DNA of 64,000 bases, from the NCBI GenBank assembly GCA_963816145.1, contig CAWFJP010000014.1, positions 512,001 through 576,000 on the forward strand, written 5' to 3'. Position 1 is the first letter of the stretch. The number at the start of each line of letters is the position of its first letter. The position numbers and the translations under genes are program-made. Shown here piece by piece: positions 10,498 through 20,911 of this stretch. Under the pieces are notes generated by a model. That model was not told where the DNA came from and made no database searches. It worked only from the letters and a program-made list of their open reading frames with translations. The DNA comes from an uncultured delta proteobacterium (lineage in GTDB: Bacteria; Desulfobacterota; Binatia; UBA9968).

Positions 10498-11139
10498 ATG
10501 ACCCGCACGCAAATTATCATCGTCCGCCATGGCCAGACCGAGTGGAATATCAAAGGCATTCGCCAGGGCTATCTCGATAGTCCGTTGACCGCCAGGGGGA
10601 TGGCCCAAGCGAAGGCGTTGGGGCAGCGATTGGCGCGGGAAAAGTTCACGGCGCTGTATAGCAGCGATCTCGGCCGGGCGGTGCAGACGGCGCAGGAGAT
10701 CGCCAATGTTACGGGGCACGCCATTACGACTGACGCTCGCTTGCGCGAGCGCCACCTCGGCATATTCCAAGGCCTTAACGGCGAGGAAATCGTCACGAAG
10801 TACCCCGAAGAACGGCGTGCGATGCGCAGCCACGGGCCCGGTTATGTCATTCCCGGCGGCGAGAGCATGGTGCAGCAGGTCGAGCGCAACATGGCTTGCC
10901 TCAACGAACTGGCCGCCAGGCATCAGGGCGAGCAGATCGTCGTGGTTACCCATGGCGGCGTGGTCAGCGGTTTTTTTCGCTACACGTTGGAGATTTCGCT
11001 CGAAGCGCCGCGCCGTTTCGAGTTCGTCAATGCCGGAATAAACGTCTTCGCCCGCGAAGAGGGGAATTGGATGCTGCTCACTTGGGGTGATGTCAGTCAT
11101 CTAGCGCCAGGGGCGGCGTCTGAGGGGGATGATCCTTAG
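10498..11139 (+). CDS. histidine phosphatase (phosphoglycerate mutase family)
   Basis: RHGQTEWN, SSDL.RA.QTA, VTHGG. Confidence 0.93.
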   Translation: MTRTQIIIVRHGQTEWNIKGIRQGYLDSPLTARGMAQAKALGQRLAREKFTALYSSDLGRAVQTAQEIANVTGHAITTDARLRERHLGIFQGLNGEEIVTKYPEERRAMRSHGPGYVIPGGESMVQQVERNMACLNELAARHQGEQIVVVTHGGVVSGFFRYTLEISLEAPRRFEFVNAGINVFAREEGNWMLLTWGDVSHLAPGAASEGDDP

Positions 11140-11155
11140 CCGCCGCAAGGCGGCG

Positions 11156-11220
11156 GTTCCAATTGTTCCAAACGTTCCAAGGGTTCCAGTTGTTCGAACT
11201 CAGAACTCAGAACTCAGAAC
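11156..11220. repeat. GTTCCANNN nonamer tandem followed by (GAACTCA)x3.5
   Basis: gttccaattgttccaaacgttccaagggttccagttgttc then gaactcagaactcagaactcagaac; related nonamer runs at 4386, 12711, 32180, 58690, 60582. Confidence 0.8.
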
Positions 11221-11229
11221 CTCTTCTTG

Positions 11230-12693
11230 CTAAACCGTCGCGCGTTTTTCCATCCGCACCGTAAAGCCGGGCTGCTTGATGTAGACCTGGTTCGAGTCTT
11301 TGCGCTTGGCCAGCTGTTCGATGATCTTCACCAGCGGCTGGGTGGCGTCGATGTATTCTTGCGGCTTGCCGTGGTTCGGCAGCGCTTTGACGTAATCCTC
11401 GCCGGCGAAATAATGCAAGATTAGATCTTCGTCGGACAGGTTGACGCCGTATTTCTGCCGCACTTCGCGGAGCGTCGGTTCGACCTGTTCCCATTGGGTC
11501 CATTCCTTGGCGCGCGGCCGGCTCAAGATCTTGTCGCGCACGTTGGGGTCCATCACTTCGATCGCCTCCTTGCCCCAAATGCCCAAGGCATACTGGATGT
11601 TCTGATCCGGCACTTCTTTGTAGCGTTCGCCGACGATGACGTTGATGGCGGCCTGAGTGCCGACGAACTGCGACAGGGGGGTGACCATGATCGGGTAACC
11701 GAAGTCTTTGCGCACTTGGCCGGCCTCGACCAGCGCGGCTTCCATCAAGTGTTCCTTGCCGACGATTTTTAATTGGTGGCGCATGTTGGAGATCATGCCG
11801 CCAGGCACCTGGTGCTGATACATGCCCTCGTCGTATTCCATCGGTTTGCCGATGGGCAGGCCGTCACGTTTGGCCACCGCGGTGAAATGTTTGACCACTG
11901 GCTCCAGCGGTTTCAGGTCGACCTGGGGATCGTAGCCCAGCGCCTTCAAATTGTTGGCAATGTTGAATACCGACGGCTGCGATGAACCATTGGCGAGCGG
12001 CGGGATCGCCGTGTGCAGGATGCGCATGCCGAGCTTGACGCCTTCCAAGTAATTGAGCGGCGCCTGGCCGCTATTACAATGGGCGTGAAACTCCACCGGG
12101 ATATCGCCGGCGGCTTTCAAGACCACCGGGATCAGGGTGCGCGCTCGGTCAGGTGTGAGCAGGCCGCCGACATCTTTGAAGCAGATGCGCCACGGTCGAG
12201 CCGCCGCGGCTTCCTTGGCTTTCTTGGCGTAGTATTCATCGGTGTGGCGCGGCGAGACCGAATAAATCAGATTCGCCACGGTGTCCATGCCATGTTTTTT
12301 CAAATCGGCGATCTCTTCGCCGAAGGCGTCGTAGTCGTTCCAGCAGTTCGATGTCCGCGTCAGGGTCAGGCCGTAGGAGACCAGCCGCTCGATCAAAAGT
12401 TTCAAGATGACATGGGGCGTCTTTTCGAAGGCGCTATGCATGCCGCCGTGGTAGCGCAGGCGGGTTTTCTTGATCCGCTTGGTGCCTTCCTTGAGCCAGA
12501 ACCAGGGATTCTCCTTATGCTCGCGGACATATTTCTTGAAGATGACGCTTAAGAAAAACTCCATGGACTCGAAGCCGGCTTCGTCCATATGCGGCAAAGC
12601 CGGCAGCATGGCGCCGATCTTCATATTCAATGCCCAGAGGCTTTGGTTGCCGTCGCGGACTGTGGTGTCGATGAATCTAATTTCGTTGGTCAT
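11230..12693 (-). CDS. pyruvate carboxylase subunit B / oxaloacetate decarboxylase alpha-like carboxyltransferase, no biotinyl domain
   Basis: DTTVRDGNQS, FKDVGG, HAHCNSG, HQVPGGMISN, GYPIMVTPLSQFVG. Confidence 0.9.
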   Translation of the reverse strand: MTNEIRFIDTTVRDGNQSLWALNMKIGAMLPALPHMDEAGFESMEFFLSVIFKKYVREHKENPWFWLKEGTKRIKKTRLRYHGGMHSAFEKTPHVILKLLIERLVSYGLTLTRTSNCWNDYDAFGEEIADLKKHGMDTVANLIYSVSPRHTDEYYAKKAKEAAAARPWRICFKDVGGLLTPDRARTLIPVVLKAAGDIPVEFHAHCNSGQAPLNYLEGVKLGMRILHTAIPPLANGSSQPSVFNIANNLKALGYDPQVDLKPLEPVVKHFTAVAKRDGLPIGKPMEYDEGMYQHQVPGGMISNMRHQLKIVGKEHLMEAALVEAGQVRKDFGYPIMVTPLSQFVGTQAAINVIVGERYKEVPDQNIQYALGIWGKEAIEVMDPNVRDKILSRPRAKEWTQWEQVEPTLREVRQKYGVNLSDEDLILHYFAGEDYVKALPNHGKPQEYIDATQPLVKIIEQLAKRKDSNQVYIKQPGFTVRMEKRATV

Positions 12694-12828
12694 GGATCCT
12701 CCAAAAATACCGTTCCACAGGTTCCAGTTGTTCCAATGGTTCCAATCGCTGTCTCGGAACTGTGACTTCGTCTTCGGATGTTTGTATAAACTATCGGGCT
12801 AGAGATCAAACCATAGAGAGGACTGTCC

Positions 12829-13248
12829 ATGAAAAGTTTTCGCAAAGAGCTGTGGTTCAATACGCCGGCGCGGGTGGCGTTCGTCAATATTACGGCGCAA
12901 GTCGACGCATGTATTCGCGACAGTGGGGTGAAAGAGGGGATGGCGCTGGTCAATGCCATGCACATCACCGCCTCGGTATTTATCAATGACGACGAGGCTG
13001 GCTTGCATCACGATTATTCGCAGTGGCTCGAAAAGCTCGCGCCGCACGAACCGAGCGCGCAATACCGCCACAATGACACCGGCGAAGACAATGCCGATGC
13101 CCATATGAAGCGTCAGGTGATGGGCCGGGAAGTCGTGGTCGCGATCACCGACGGCAAACTCGATTTCGGCCCGTGGGAGCAGATCTTTTACGGCGAGTTC
13201 GATGGCCGGCGCAAAAAGCGCGTGCTGGTGAAGATCATCGGTGAATGA
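12829..13248 (+). CDS. yjbQ: YjbQ family protein (secondary thiamine-phosphate synthase)
   Basis: [31 protein letters not shown]. Confidence 0.92.
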   Translation: MKSFRKELWFNTPARVAFVNITAQVDACIRDSGVKEGMALVNAMHITASVFINDDEAGLHHDYSQWLEKLAPHEPSAQYRHNDTGEDNADAHMKRQVMGREVVVAITDGKLDFGPWEQIFYGEFDGRRKKRVLVKIIGE

Positions 13249-13249
13249 G

Positions 13250-13431
13250 TGAATGCCCGTCGGCGATAAGCCGATGGGGTCAGAGTTGGTTAACTCGAAG
13301 TCGACTCTTCTATCCGTCATTCCGGCGTCGGTCGGAATTCAGTCTTCGCTATTTGAAGTGAAGACGACGCTGGATGCCGGTTTTCACCGGCATGACGAAT
13401 CCTGTCTTTTCTTGAAGGCGAGGGATGTCGA
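13250..13431 (-). mobile_element. ~185 bp non-autonomous element (PATE/MITE-like), copy 1
   Basis: Aligns end to end with the reverse complement of 16978-17163; contains a GTCAT...ATGAC REP doublet. Confidence 0.65.
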
Positions 13432-13505
13432 TTCCGTTCGAGCGCGACCTGGTGATTCCACTTGACGTAATTGATCGGTAACAGGTTGACCGATAGAGTA
13501 CCCGG

Positions 13506-14747
13506 ATGGAAAAGCGATTCTTTAAGCCCCGGTCGCCCAAGGCCAGCCGCGACCGGGTCGCGCCGTCGGATGGCGCGGACCGCGGGCCGTACCAGGCGCC
13601 TTGCCGCCATTATCCGCACTGTATCGGCTGTCCGTTCATCGATCTTCCCTATCCGGAGCAACTAACGCGTAAGCGGGCGCTGGTCGGCGCGGCGTTCGCG
13701 AAGTTCGCGGCGCTGAAAGATGTCGAGATTCCAGAAGTCGTGCCATCGCCGCGCCGATTGGGCTACCGGGCGCGGGTCAAATTGGTCGTGCGCAAAAGTG
13801 GTGGTACCATCGCCACCGGACTCTACGTGCCGCAGTCGCACCGGGTGATGGATATTTCATCCTGTCCGGTGCACCCGCGCCGAGTCAATCAAGTCTTGGA
13901 GTACCTGAAGTATCGCGCCCAGGAGTTGGGCATCGTTCCCTATGACGAGCGCGACGATAGCGGCGATCTGCGCTACGTCGACTTTCGCTACAGCTTTGCT
14001 AGGCAGGAGGTCAGCGTCACTTTGGTGAGCCGCCATCCGGTGTTGCCCGAGGGCGAGAAGCTGGCGCGGGCGCTGCAGCGCAAGTTTTCCTTTGTAACCG
14101 GCGTGATCCTCAACATCAACGAAAATCGCGGCAACGTGATCTGGGGCCAGGTGAATCGCATGTTGTCGGGACGTGAGACGCTCTTGGAACAGATCGGCGG
14201 GCTTAAACTGGTCTATCCCGCCGGGGTGTTTTCCCAGTCCAATCCGCATACCGCACAAAAGCTTTACGACCGGGTGGTCGAACTGGCGCAATTGACCGGC
14301 AAAGAAAACATCCTCGATCTTTACTGCGGTGTCGGCCCGATCTCGCTCAATCTTGCCCATGGGGCGCGCCAAGTGTGGGGCATCGATGACAACGAAGCCG
14401 GTATCGTCACCGCCAAGCAAAACGCCCGGCGCAACGGCGTCGGCAACTGCCGATTCTTTGCCGGCGACGCCGCAGCCAAGATCCAAGAGTTGCGCGGCCA
14501 ATTGGACGCGCTCGATCTCATCGTCGTCAATCCGCCGCGCAAAGGTCTCCAGGCCGCCGCGCTCAACGCGGTGCTCGATCTTAGCGCGCCGAAACTAATT
14601 TATGTATCCTGCGAACCGAACAGTTTGGCACGCGATTTGGCAAAGTTTGTCACTGCCGGTTATCGCATCCAAACGGTTCAGCCTTTCGACATGTTTCCAC
14701 AGACGGCGGAGGTGGAGAACGTGGCGCTGCTGCAACGAGCCGAATAG
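13506..14747 (+). CDS. rlmD: 23S rRNA (uracil-1939-C5)-methyltransferase
   Basis: CxHYxxCxGC Fe-S motif, GYR, FSQSN, LDLYCGVG, NPPRKG, YVSCEP..LARDL, DMFPQT.EVE. Confidence 0.9.
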   Translation: MEKRFFKPRSPKASRDRVAPSDGADRGPYQAPCRHYPHCIGCPFIDLPYPEQLTRKRALVGAAFAKFAALKDVEIPEVVPSPRRLGYRARVKLVVRKSGGTIATGLYVPQSHRVMDISSCPVHPRRVNQVLEYLKYRAQELGIVPYDERDDSGDLRYVDFRYSFARQEVSVTLVSRHPVLPEGEKLARALQRKFSFVTGVILNINENRGNVIWGQVNRMLSGRETLLEQIGGLKLVYPAGVFSQSNPHTAQKLYDRVVELAQLTGKENILDLYCGVGPISLNLAHGARQVWGIDDNEAGIVTAKQNARRNGVGNCRFFAGDAAAKIQELRGQLDALDLIVVNPPRKGLQAAALNAVLDLSAPKLIYVSCEPNSLARDLAKFVTAGYRIQTVQPFDMFPQTAEVENVALLQRAE

Positions 14748-14921
14748 ATTTCTCGCTTCGCTCGAAATGACATCTCTGGAATTCCGTAATTCCGAACTCT
14801 TCGGCTGCGCTCAGGATAAACTCCGACAGGGACTTTGGCGAAGCGAACAACCTTGGAGTTGCTTTTTTCTTAACCCATGTGGTTTGATGAACAAAGCTAA
14901 CTTCTTCAGCGGAGGTTCTTT

Positions 14922-15362
14922 ATGGCTGATTTGCAAATTCAAGGAGTGGTTCACTGGTCGATCCCGGTGAATAACTTAGACGAGTCGGAGAAATTTTACG
15001 GCGAGATTCTCGGTCTGGAGTCGAAGGGGCGTTTGGGCGGGTCGAAAATGTCCTGCTTCAAAGCCGGCAGCCACAATATTCTGCTCTGTGAGCGCAAGGA
15101 ATCTTTGACTCGAACACCGCAGCAGGACAATCGCCTGCACCACGCCTTTATGGTCAGCCCGGACATGTGGGAGCGCGGCGCCAAGCTGCTGCACGAAAAG
15201 GGCGTCAAGATCGCCGAACCGGTGGTCTACCGCGAGAAGGGCCACTTTACCGGGCGTGAATTGTACTTTCTCGACCCGAGCGGCAACATGTTGGAACTCT
15301 GCGACCCCAATTGGAAGCCGGGCATGCCGACACCGACCTACGAGGAGATCGTCGGCAAATAA
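14922..15362 (+). CDS. VOC family protein
   Basis: HWSIPV..L..SE.FY..ILGL, HHAF, YFLDPSGNMLEL. Confidence 0.9.
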   Translation: MADLQIQGVVHWSIPVNNLDESEKFYGEILGLESKGRLGGSKMSCFKAGSHNILLCERKESLTRTPQQDNRLHHAFMVSPDMWERGAKLLHEKGVKIAEPVVYREKGHFTGRELYFLDPSGNMLELCDPNWKPGMPTPTYEEIVGK

Positions 15363-15377
15363 TTGATACGGATAGTC

Positions 15378-15512
15378 CTCTCGCAAGGGCGCAAAGTTCG
15401 GAATCGTTGTCATTTCGACCAACGGGAGAAATCTTTCTTAGCTCCCTCGCCTTCGCTCGCGATGACGGGCTTCGGCCCATCACCTTTGCGGCCTTGGTGT
15501 CTTTGCGGGAAA
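15378..15512. repeat. composite repeat: CGCAAAG-nonamer palindrome enclosing a GTCATTTCGAC...GATGAC REP doublet, copy 1
   Basis: Near-identical to 33650-33797. Confidence 0.85.
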
Positions 15513-15542
15513 CACTCTGATTCTTTAAACGCGAAACGAGCT

Positions 15543-16796
15543 TCATACCGATCGATAGCGCCACAATTGCGGAATCGCCCAGCAAGTGCCGAATACCGTC
15601 AGGGCGCAGAGCACGCAACCGACCAGCGCGGCCTGCGGGGCGCCGATGAGCGCGGCGCCGGCGCCGGCGATGACAGCGCCGGTGGCGTTGGTGGTCTGGG
15701 CGAAGACCGTGAGAAAGCTGGTGGCGCGGCCGCGCATGTCGTCGGGCGCCAGGATTTGCACGACGGTGCGGCGCATGGCGACGCTGATAGCGTCGCTGAT
15801 GCCGAGCAGCCCGACGGCGATGAGTCCCATCCAGAACCATCTGGACAACCCCAACAGACCCAAGCTCAGGGCGAACATCAGTGTGACGATGATGGACAAA
15901 GCACCTTTGCGCTTGACGTCGCCGAAGGCGAGCAGGATACCTGAGCCGATTAGCGCGCCGATGGCCGGGGAGGCGTAGAGCATGCCGAGTCCGCGCGCGC
16001 CGACATGATAAATTTCTTCGGCGAAGATCGGCAGGATTGGCCGATAGAAACCGAACAACACGGCGAAGAAATCTAGAATAAAGAGCGAGAGAATGATCCG
16101 GGTGTGCCAGAGAAACTCGAAGCCTTCGATGAGGCTGTGCCAGCCGATTTTGCGCTTTTGACCTTGCGGCACACCGGAGGCCCGGATCATCAAGGCGCCG
16201 AGAACCGTGGGGATCTGTAAGCTGGCATCGACGAAGTATGACGCCTGGACGCCGAAGAGATCGATCATAAAGCCGGCGATCACCGGCGCGGTGAGCTGGG
16301 TTCCCTGCATCATCAAGGTCGACAAGGTCACGGCGTTGAGCAGATGAGACTGCGGTATCAAACTCGGAATGATCGCCTGGCGCGCCGGGCCACCGAGGAC
16401 TTGAAGGGCGCCGGCGAAAACCATCAGAACATTGATTTGCCAGACCTGAATCGTGCCGCTGACGGTGAACAGCCCTAGCAGCAGACCGGGGAAAATATTC
16501 AAGGTATGGGTGATGGCGATCAATTTCTTGCGATTGAGCGTGTCGGCGAGCACGCCGCCGAATAGGCCGAAAAAAATAAACGGTGCGGCTTGAAAAAAGC
16601 CGGTGAAGCCCAGCTGCACCGATGAGCCGGACAATTGGTAAACGTGGTACAGGGTCGCCACGTTGCGCATGTGGTTCGAGGTGTTGCCGCACAGAATCGC
16701 CGTGAAGATCAAGCGGTAGTCGCGGATTAGCAGCGACGACCAGGGGCGGATGACGGTGTCGGGGGGATACTTCGTTTGATCTGCGGGGTCGCTCAC
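15543..16796 (-). CDS. MFS transporter (EntS/MFS_3-like)
   Basis: GGVLADTLNRK motif A, ~12 hydrophobic segments, PDDMRGR. Confidence 0.92.
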   Translation of the reverse strand: MSDPADQTKYPPDTVIRPWSSLLIRDYRLIFTAILCGNTSNHMRNVATLYHVYQLSGSSVQLGFTGFFQAAPFIFFGLFGGVLADTLNRKKLIAITHTLNIFPGLLLGLFTVSGTIQVWQINVLMVFAGALQVLGGPARQAIIPSLIPQSHLLNAVTLSTLMMQGTQLTAPVIAGFMIDLFGVQASYFVDASLQIPTVLGALMIRASGVPQGQKRKIGWHSLIEGFEFLWHTRIILSLFILDFFAVLFGFYRPILPIFAEEIYHVGARGLGMLYASPAIGALIGSGILLAFGDVKRKGALSIIVTLMFALSLGLLGLSRWFWMGLIAVGLLGISDAISVAMRRTVVQILAPDDMRGRATSFLTVFAQTTNATGAVIAGAGAALIGAPQAALVGCVLCALTVFGTCWAIPQLWRYRSV

Positions 16797-16977
16797 TTAG
16801 GTTGTTATTCTCCGGAAGTTTCTGGCTTGCGCCAATGTATCGGTTCGTCGAAATAGCGTCAAACGTTATTGATCTCTTGCCGGCCGCGCCATAGAATCGC
16901 GTCCAATGAATCTCGGATTATCTCGCGCGAAGACGCGAAGCTCGTAAGGCAAAAATTAATGTCTCTCTCGGGGGTGG

Positions 16978-17163
16978 TTGAAATATCTCGCCTTCAGGCG
17001 AAGAGAAGGTTCGTCATGCCGGCGCAGGCCGGCATCCATCTTCGCGCGCGCTGCAAGGCCAAAGAAAACCTGGATTCCGGCCTACGCCGGAATGACGACA
17101 CGGAAGAGTCGACTTCTAGTCGACGAATTCAGAACGCCTCGGCTTTAAGCCGAGGGTCATTCA
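16978..17163 (+). mobile_element. ~185 bp non-autonomous element (PATE/MITE-like), copy 2
   Basis: End hairpins TCTCGCCTTCAGGCGAAGAGA and CCTCGGCTTTAAGCCGAGG-GTCATTCA, internal REP doublet; nested inside a nonamer palindrome at 16920-17230. Confidence 0.65.
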
Positions 17164-17267
17164 GTTGTCTTACGAATGCATTTCACGCGAAATATCCGAA
17201 CTTTGCGAGCTTAGCGTCTTTGCCGGAGTAAATTCCGACTCCGATTAAACTACGGCGAGGTGTGACG

Positions 17268-18365
17268 ATGTACATTGACGGCGATACTCACTACTGGCCG
17301 GTGCGATTTATTGACAAGGTCGATCATCCGGGCCGGGGCCATCTCGAATTTCAAAAAGGCACAGGCGCGGTATCGCGCTTCGGCGTCGACTTTCCCGGCG
17401 ATGCCGCGACTTATTTTCGCGACGGCAAGAAGATTCACTCGTTCAGCGAAACCCGCTGGAATCTCGACATGCACCACGATGTCATGGTGCGCGAAGGCTT
17501 CGACTATCAAGTCGTCATCGCCGACAACCGGCCGCTGATCTACGAAGTCGAGCGCGATCTCGGAGTCGCCCAGGCGCGCGCCTACAACGACACTGTCGCC
17601 GAGGACATCGCCGGGCGCGAGCGTTTCCTCGGCATCGCCTGGGTTTACTTGCCCGACGTCGGCGAGTCGATCCGCGAGCTGCGCCGCTCGGTCAAAGAAC
17701 TGGGCTTCAAAGGCGTCAAGCTCATGGGCGGCCACGCCAACTGCGATCTCGACGCCGAGGTGCTGTGGCCGTTCTACGAAGAAGTCTGCAAGCTTGACGT
17801 GCCGATCCTGGTTCATCCCGGCACCCGCGTCTTCGAAGCGCAGGATTGCCATCCCTGGCTGGTCGGCAGCGACCGCTACGACGGCTTCAAGATGCTCGCC
17901 ACCGCGTTGGGTTTTCCGCTCACGTACATGGTCAGCGCCGCGCGCTTGATCATGAGCGGCGTGCTCGATCGATTTCCCCAACTGCGCATCGCGTTTTTCG
18001 AAGGCGGCATCGGCTGGGTGCCCTGGCTGATGAAGACGCTCAATCACCACACATTGACCACATCGCCGGGCACGACTTCGGTCAATGATTTCTTCCGCAA
18101 GCGCGACAAACTCAAGCGCGCGCCAAGCGACTATTTCGATCAGCTCTACATCGCCGCCATCGCCTGGGAGGATTACCTGCCGCAGATCGTCGAAGTGTGG
18201 CCCAATCATAACATTATCATCGGCAGCGACTTCGACCACGGCGACGCGATCTCGACCTGGCCCAACACCATCGCGCCGATCAAGGCGATGAAGGGAATAT
18301 CGGATGTTGATAAGGAAAAGATTCTCGGTGGAAACGCGATGCGGTTGTTCGGGATGAAAGATTAA
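17268..18365 (+). CDS. amidohydrolase_2 family protein
   Basis: IDGDTH, ELRRSVKELGFKGV, LVHP, FEGG.GW, GSDFDHGD, ILGGNA.RL. Confidence 0.92.
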   Translation: MYIDGDTHYWPVRFIDKVDHPGRGHLEFQKGTGAVSRFGVDFPGDAATYFRDGKKIHSFSETRWNLDMHHDVMVREGFDYQVVIADNRPLIYEVERDLGVAQARAYNDTVAEDIAGRERFLGIAWVYLPDVGESIRELRRSVKELGFKGVKLMGGHANCDLDAEVLWPFYEEVCKLDVPILVHPGTRVFEAQDCHPWLVGSDRYDGFKMLATALGFPLTYMVSAARLIMSGVLDRFPQLRIAFFEGGIGWVPWLMKTLNHHTLTTSPGTTSVNDFFRKRDKLKRAPSDYFDQLYIAAIAWEDYLPQIVEVWPNHNIIIGSDFDHGDAISTWPNTIAPIKAMKGISDVDKEKILGGNAMRLFGMKD

Positions 18366-18370
18366 ATCGA

Positions 18371-19076
18371 CGGGGCGTATATCAATAACGCCCCCTACGG
18401 AAAGCGCAGATTGGGGAACGGCCTAATGCCAGGCGATGACGCGGAGCGACGGCGGCGTTCGGTGCGATTGCCTGATTTCGACTATGGGCAGGTTGGTGCC
18501 TATTTTGTAACGCTCGGTGTGCAGGATCGAAAAAGTTTGTTTGGAAACGTTGTTAATGATGCGATGCGACTGAACGAACTCGGCGGGATCGTTGCGGATG
18601 AGTGGCGGCTTACAGCGACGATGCGACTCAACGTTGCGTTGGACGAGTTCGTGGTCATGCCCAATCACTTTCACGCATTGCTGGCAATAGAAAGCTCCCG
18701 TAGGGGCGTATTGAATATGCCCTCTGGGAAATTCCACTCGCCGTCGCATACCATCGGTGCGATCGTGCGCGGTTTCAAAGCGGCGACAACCAAGAAGATT
18801 AATGAATGCCGTGGACGGGTCGGAGAGGTGCTTTGGCAGCGTAACTTCTACGAACACGTCGTTCGCGACGAAGCAGAGTTGTCACGGATTCGCGAATATA
18901 TCGTCAACAATCCCGCTCAGTGGGCGTTGGATCGGGAGAATCCGCAGACGGGCGTATATCAATACGCCCCTACGGACGGAATTGAATCCATCTTCGGTGG
19001 TATTCGACCATGACATCAGGTAGCGGCGACGTTCATTGGCGGGCTATTTTTGGTAGGGGGCATATTGCATACGCTC
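18371..19076. repeat. four GTAG-type REPs (consensus GTAGGGGCGTATTGNATACGCCC) at 18371-18399(-), 18700-18722(+), 18950-18973(-), 19053-19076(+)
   Basis: Direct sequence comparison; they flank and lie within the RAYT gene. Confidence 0.85.
18426..19013 (+). mobile_element. REP-associated tyrosine transposase (RAYT, Y1 HUH)
   Basis: RRSVRL..FDY...GAYFVT, VVMPNHFH (HUH), I.RGFK...T, WQRNFYEHVVRD, YIVNNP. Confidence 0.92.
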
Positions 19077-19097
19077 TCTTCGATTTTGGGAGGATCG

Positions 19098-20153
19098 ATG
19101 ACTCATCTCTCTAAAGTTTTGTTTGCGGTCGCATGGTTGTGCGTAGGCGTGGTTCCGATCGAGGGGGCGACGCTGCCGGAAGTCGTAACCCAGGTCGAGA
19201 AAATGAGCCGCGCGGAGCGCGAAGCTTTTCTCATCAAGGGCGCCAGGGAAGAGAAGGACGTGATGTTTTACGCCACCACGCCGGTCAATCAGGTGGCGGT
19301 GCTCAAGAAGTATTTCAGCGCGCGCTATCCCTTTGTCGACTTGAAGCACTACTACTCGCCGCGCCAGGGGATTCTCAACAAGACTTTGGCCGAGTACCGC
19401 GGCAACGCCAATCTCGTCGATGTCGTCATGACCGACGTGAGTTACGGCACGGTGTTGATGAAAGAAGGGGTGTCGGGCGCCTATTCGACGCCGGATATGC
19501 AGCGCTATGTGCGCGGTTCTTACGATCCCAAAGGCCAATGGTACACGATGTACATGCTGACCACGGCGCTGGTCTATAACCGCAACCAGATCAAGCCCAA
19601 TGACGCGCCGAAAACCTATCAGGATCTGCTCGACCCGAAATGGAAAGGGAAAATGATCTTCGATCCCGAGGCGGCTTTTATCATGGCCGCGATGGAGCAG
19701 GCTTGGGGCAGAGAGAAGGCGCGCGACTATCTGGCGCGCCTGGCCAAGCAGGATTTGGTCTTTCGCCGCGGCACGACCTTGACCTCGCAACTGGTAGCCG
19801 CTGGCGAGCAACCGATCGGTGTCACGATCAACGCCGAGACCACCGCGGATATGCGCGACAAAGGCGCGCCGCTGGGGTTCAGCGTACTGCCGCCGCGAAT
19901 CATCAAGCCCAATGGGTTTTTCGTTGCGAAAAAAGCGCCGCACCCGCACGCGGCTTTGTTGTTCACCGATTGGTCGTTGTCGGAAGAAGGACAAAAAGTT
20001 CTAGCCGTGGATTTGGGCAAAGGCGTCGCAATGAAGGGCATCCCGTCCAAGTACAAAGAATTCCAAGGCGAGCCCGACTACGTCGTCGGCCCCGAGTTCG
20101 GCAGCCAGTTGAAACAACATATGACGGAGTTTCAGAAGATTTTTGGGATGTAG
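19098..20153 (+). CDS. extracellular solute-binding protein (AfuA/Fe3+-polyamine class)
   Basis: Signal peptide, GAREEK.V.FY, PKTYQDLLDPKWKGK, APHPHAALLF.DW.LS.EGQ. Confidence 0.9.
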   Translation: MTHLSKVLFAVAWLCVGVVPIEGATLPEVVTQVEKMSRAEREAFLIKGAREEKDVMFYATTPVNQVAVLKKYFSARYPFVDLKHYYSPRQGILNKTLAEYRGNANLVDVVMTDVSYGTVLMKEGVSGAYSTPDMQRYVRGSYDPKGQWYTMYMLTTALVYNRNQIKPNDAPKTYQDLLDPKWKGKMIFDPEAAFIMAAMEQAWGREKARDYLARLAKQDLVFRRGTTLTSQLVAAGEQPIGVTINAETTADMRDKGAPLGFSVLPPRIIKPNGFFVAKKAPHPHAALLFTDWSLSEEGQKVLAVDLGKGVAMKGIPSKYKEFQGEPDYVVGPEFGSQLKQHMTEFQKIFGM

Positions 20154-20313
20154 AGTCTGGAATAGTACCGCAAACGGTGGACGGGGTGTTCATCGCCGCC
20201 GGGGCTGTTCCCGTTGTCATCGTCGTGCTCGGGGGCTATAACTCGATGCGCCAATCGGCCGCAGATTCACGGTCGAGCGGATCCTAACCTGGCGTGTCTT
20301 GATTGACATTCCC

Positions 20314-20811
20314 ATGGCCGGAAAAATTCACGCTTACCTCGCCGACGAACACCGCCGGCTCGATGGCCTGCTCGATCGAGTCTTCTCCGATTCGGAAACG
20401 ATCGACGCCGCGGCCTACGGGCAATTCCGCACGGGATTGCTCAAGCATATCGCCATGGAGGAAAAGATCATTCTTCCGGCCGCACAGAAGAGGCGCGGCG
20501 GTGCTCCGCTCGCGGTGGCGGCAAAACTGCGGCTGGATCACGGCGCGCTGACCTCGTTGCTGGTTCCGACGCCGACGGCATCGGTGGTCGCGGCGATTCG
20601 GGCGATACTCAAGCTCCATAACTGGCTCGAAGAAGATCCCGGCGGCATGTACGATCAGTGCGAGGAATTGGCGGGCGCTGATGCCGAGCAGATTTTGCAA
20701 CAGTTGCGCGACGCGCCAGAGGTCAGAGTCGTGCCCAATGTCGATGGCCCGCATATCATGGAAGCCGCGCGCCGGGCATTGGCAAGAGCCGGATACGATT
20801 TTGTTCTGTGA
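20314..20811 (+). CDS. hemerythrin domain protein
   Basis: EH.RLD.L, HIAMEE.I, DH, HN..EE. Confidence 0.85.
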   Translation: MAGKIHAYLADEHRRLDGLLDRVFSDSETIDAAAYGQFRTGLLKHIAMEEKIILPAAQKRRGGAPLAVAAKLRLDHGALTSLLVPTPTASVVAAIRAILKLHNWLEEDPGGMYDQCEELAGADAEQILQQLRDAPEVRVVPNVDGPHIMEAARRALARAGYDFVL

Positions 20812-20911
20812 GCGATTCGCGTTGATACTGGGAACAGACAAGGGGATATCCAAAATTTCAAGGTTCGAAGTTCGGCTCCTGTGTTGATTGGTCCGGGGAA
20901 AGGATGTGTCG

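Noticed and set aside
15247-19994. Long alternative ORFs (e.g. 15247-16692, 17250-18239, 19044-19994)
   Set aside because: Shadow frames of GC-rich genes with clear family motifs in another frame or strand.
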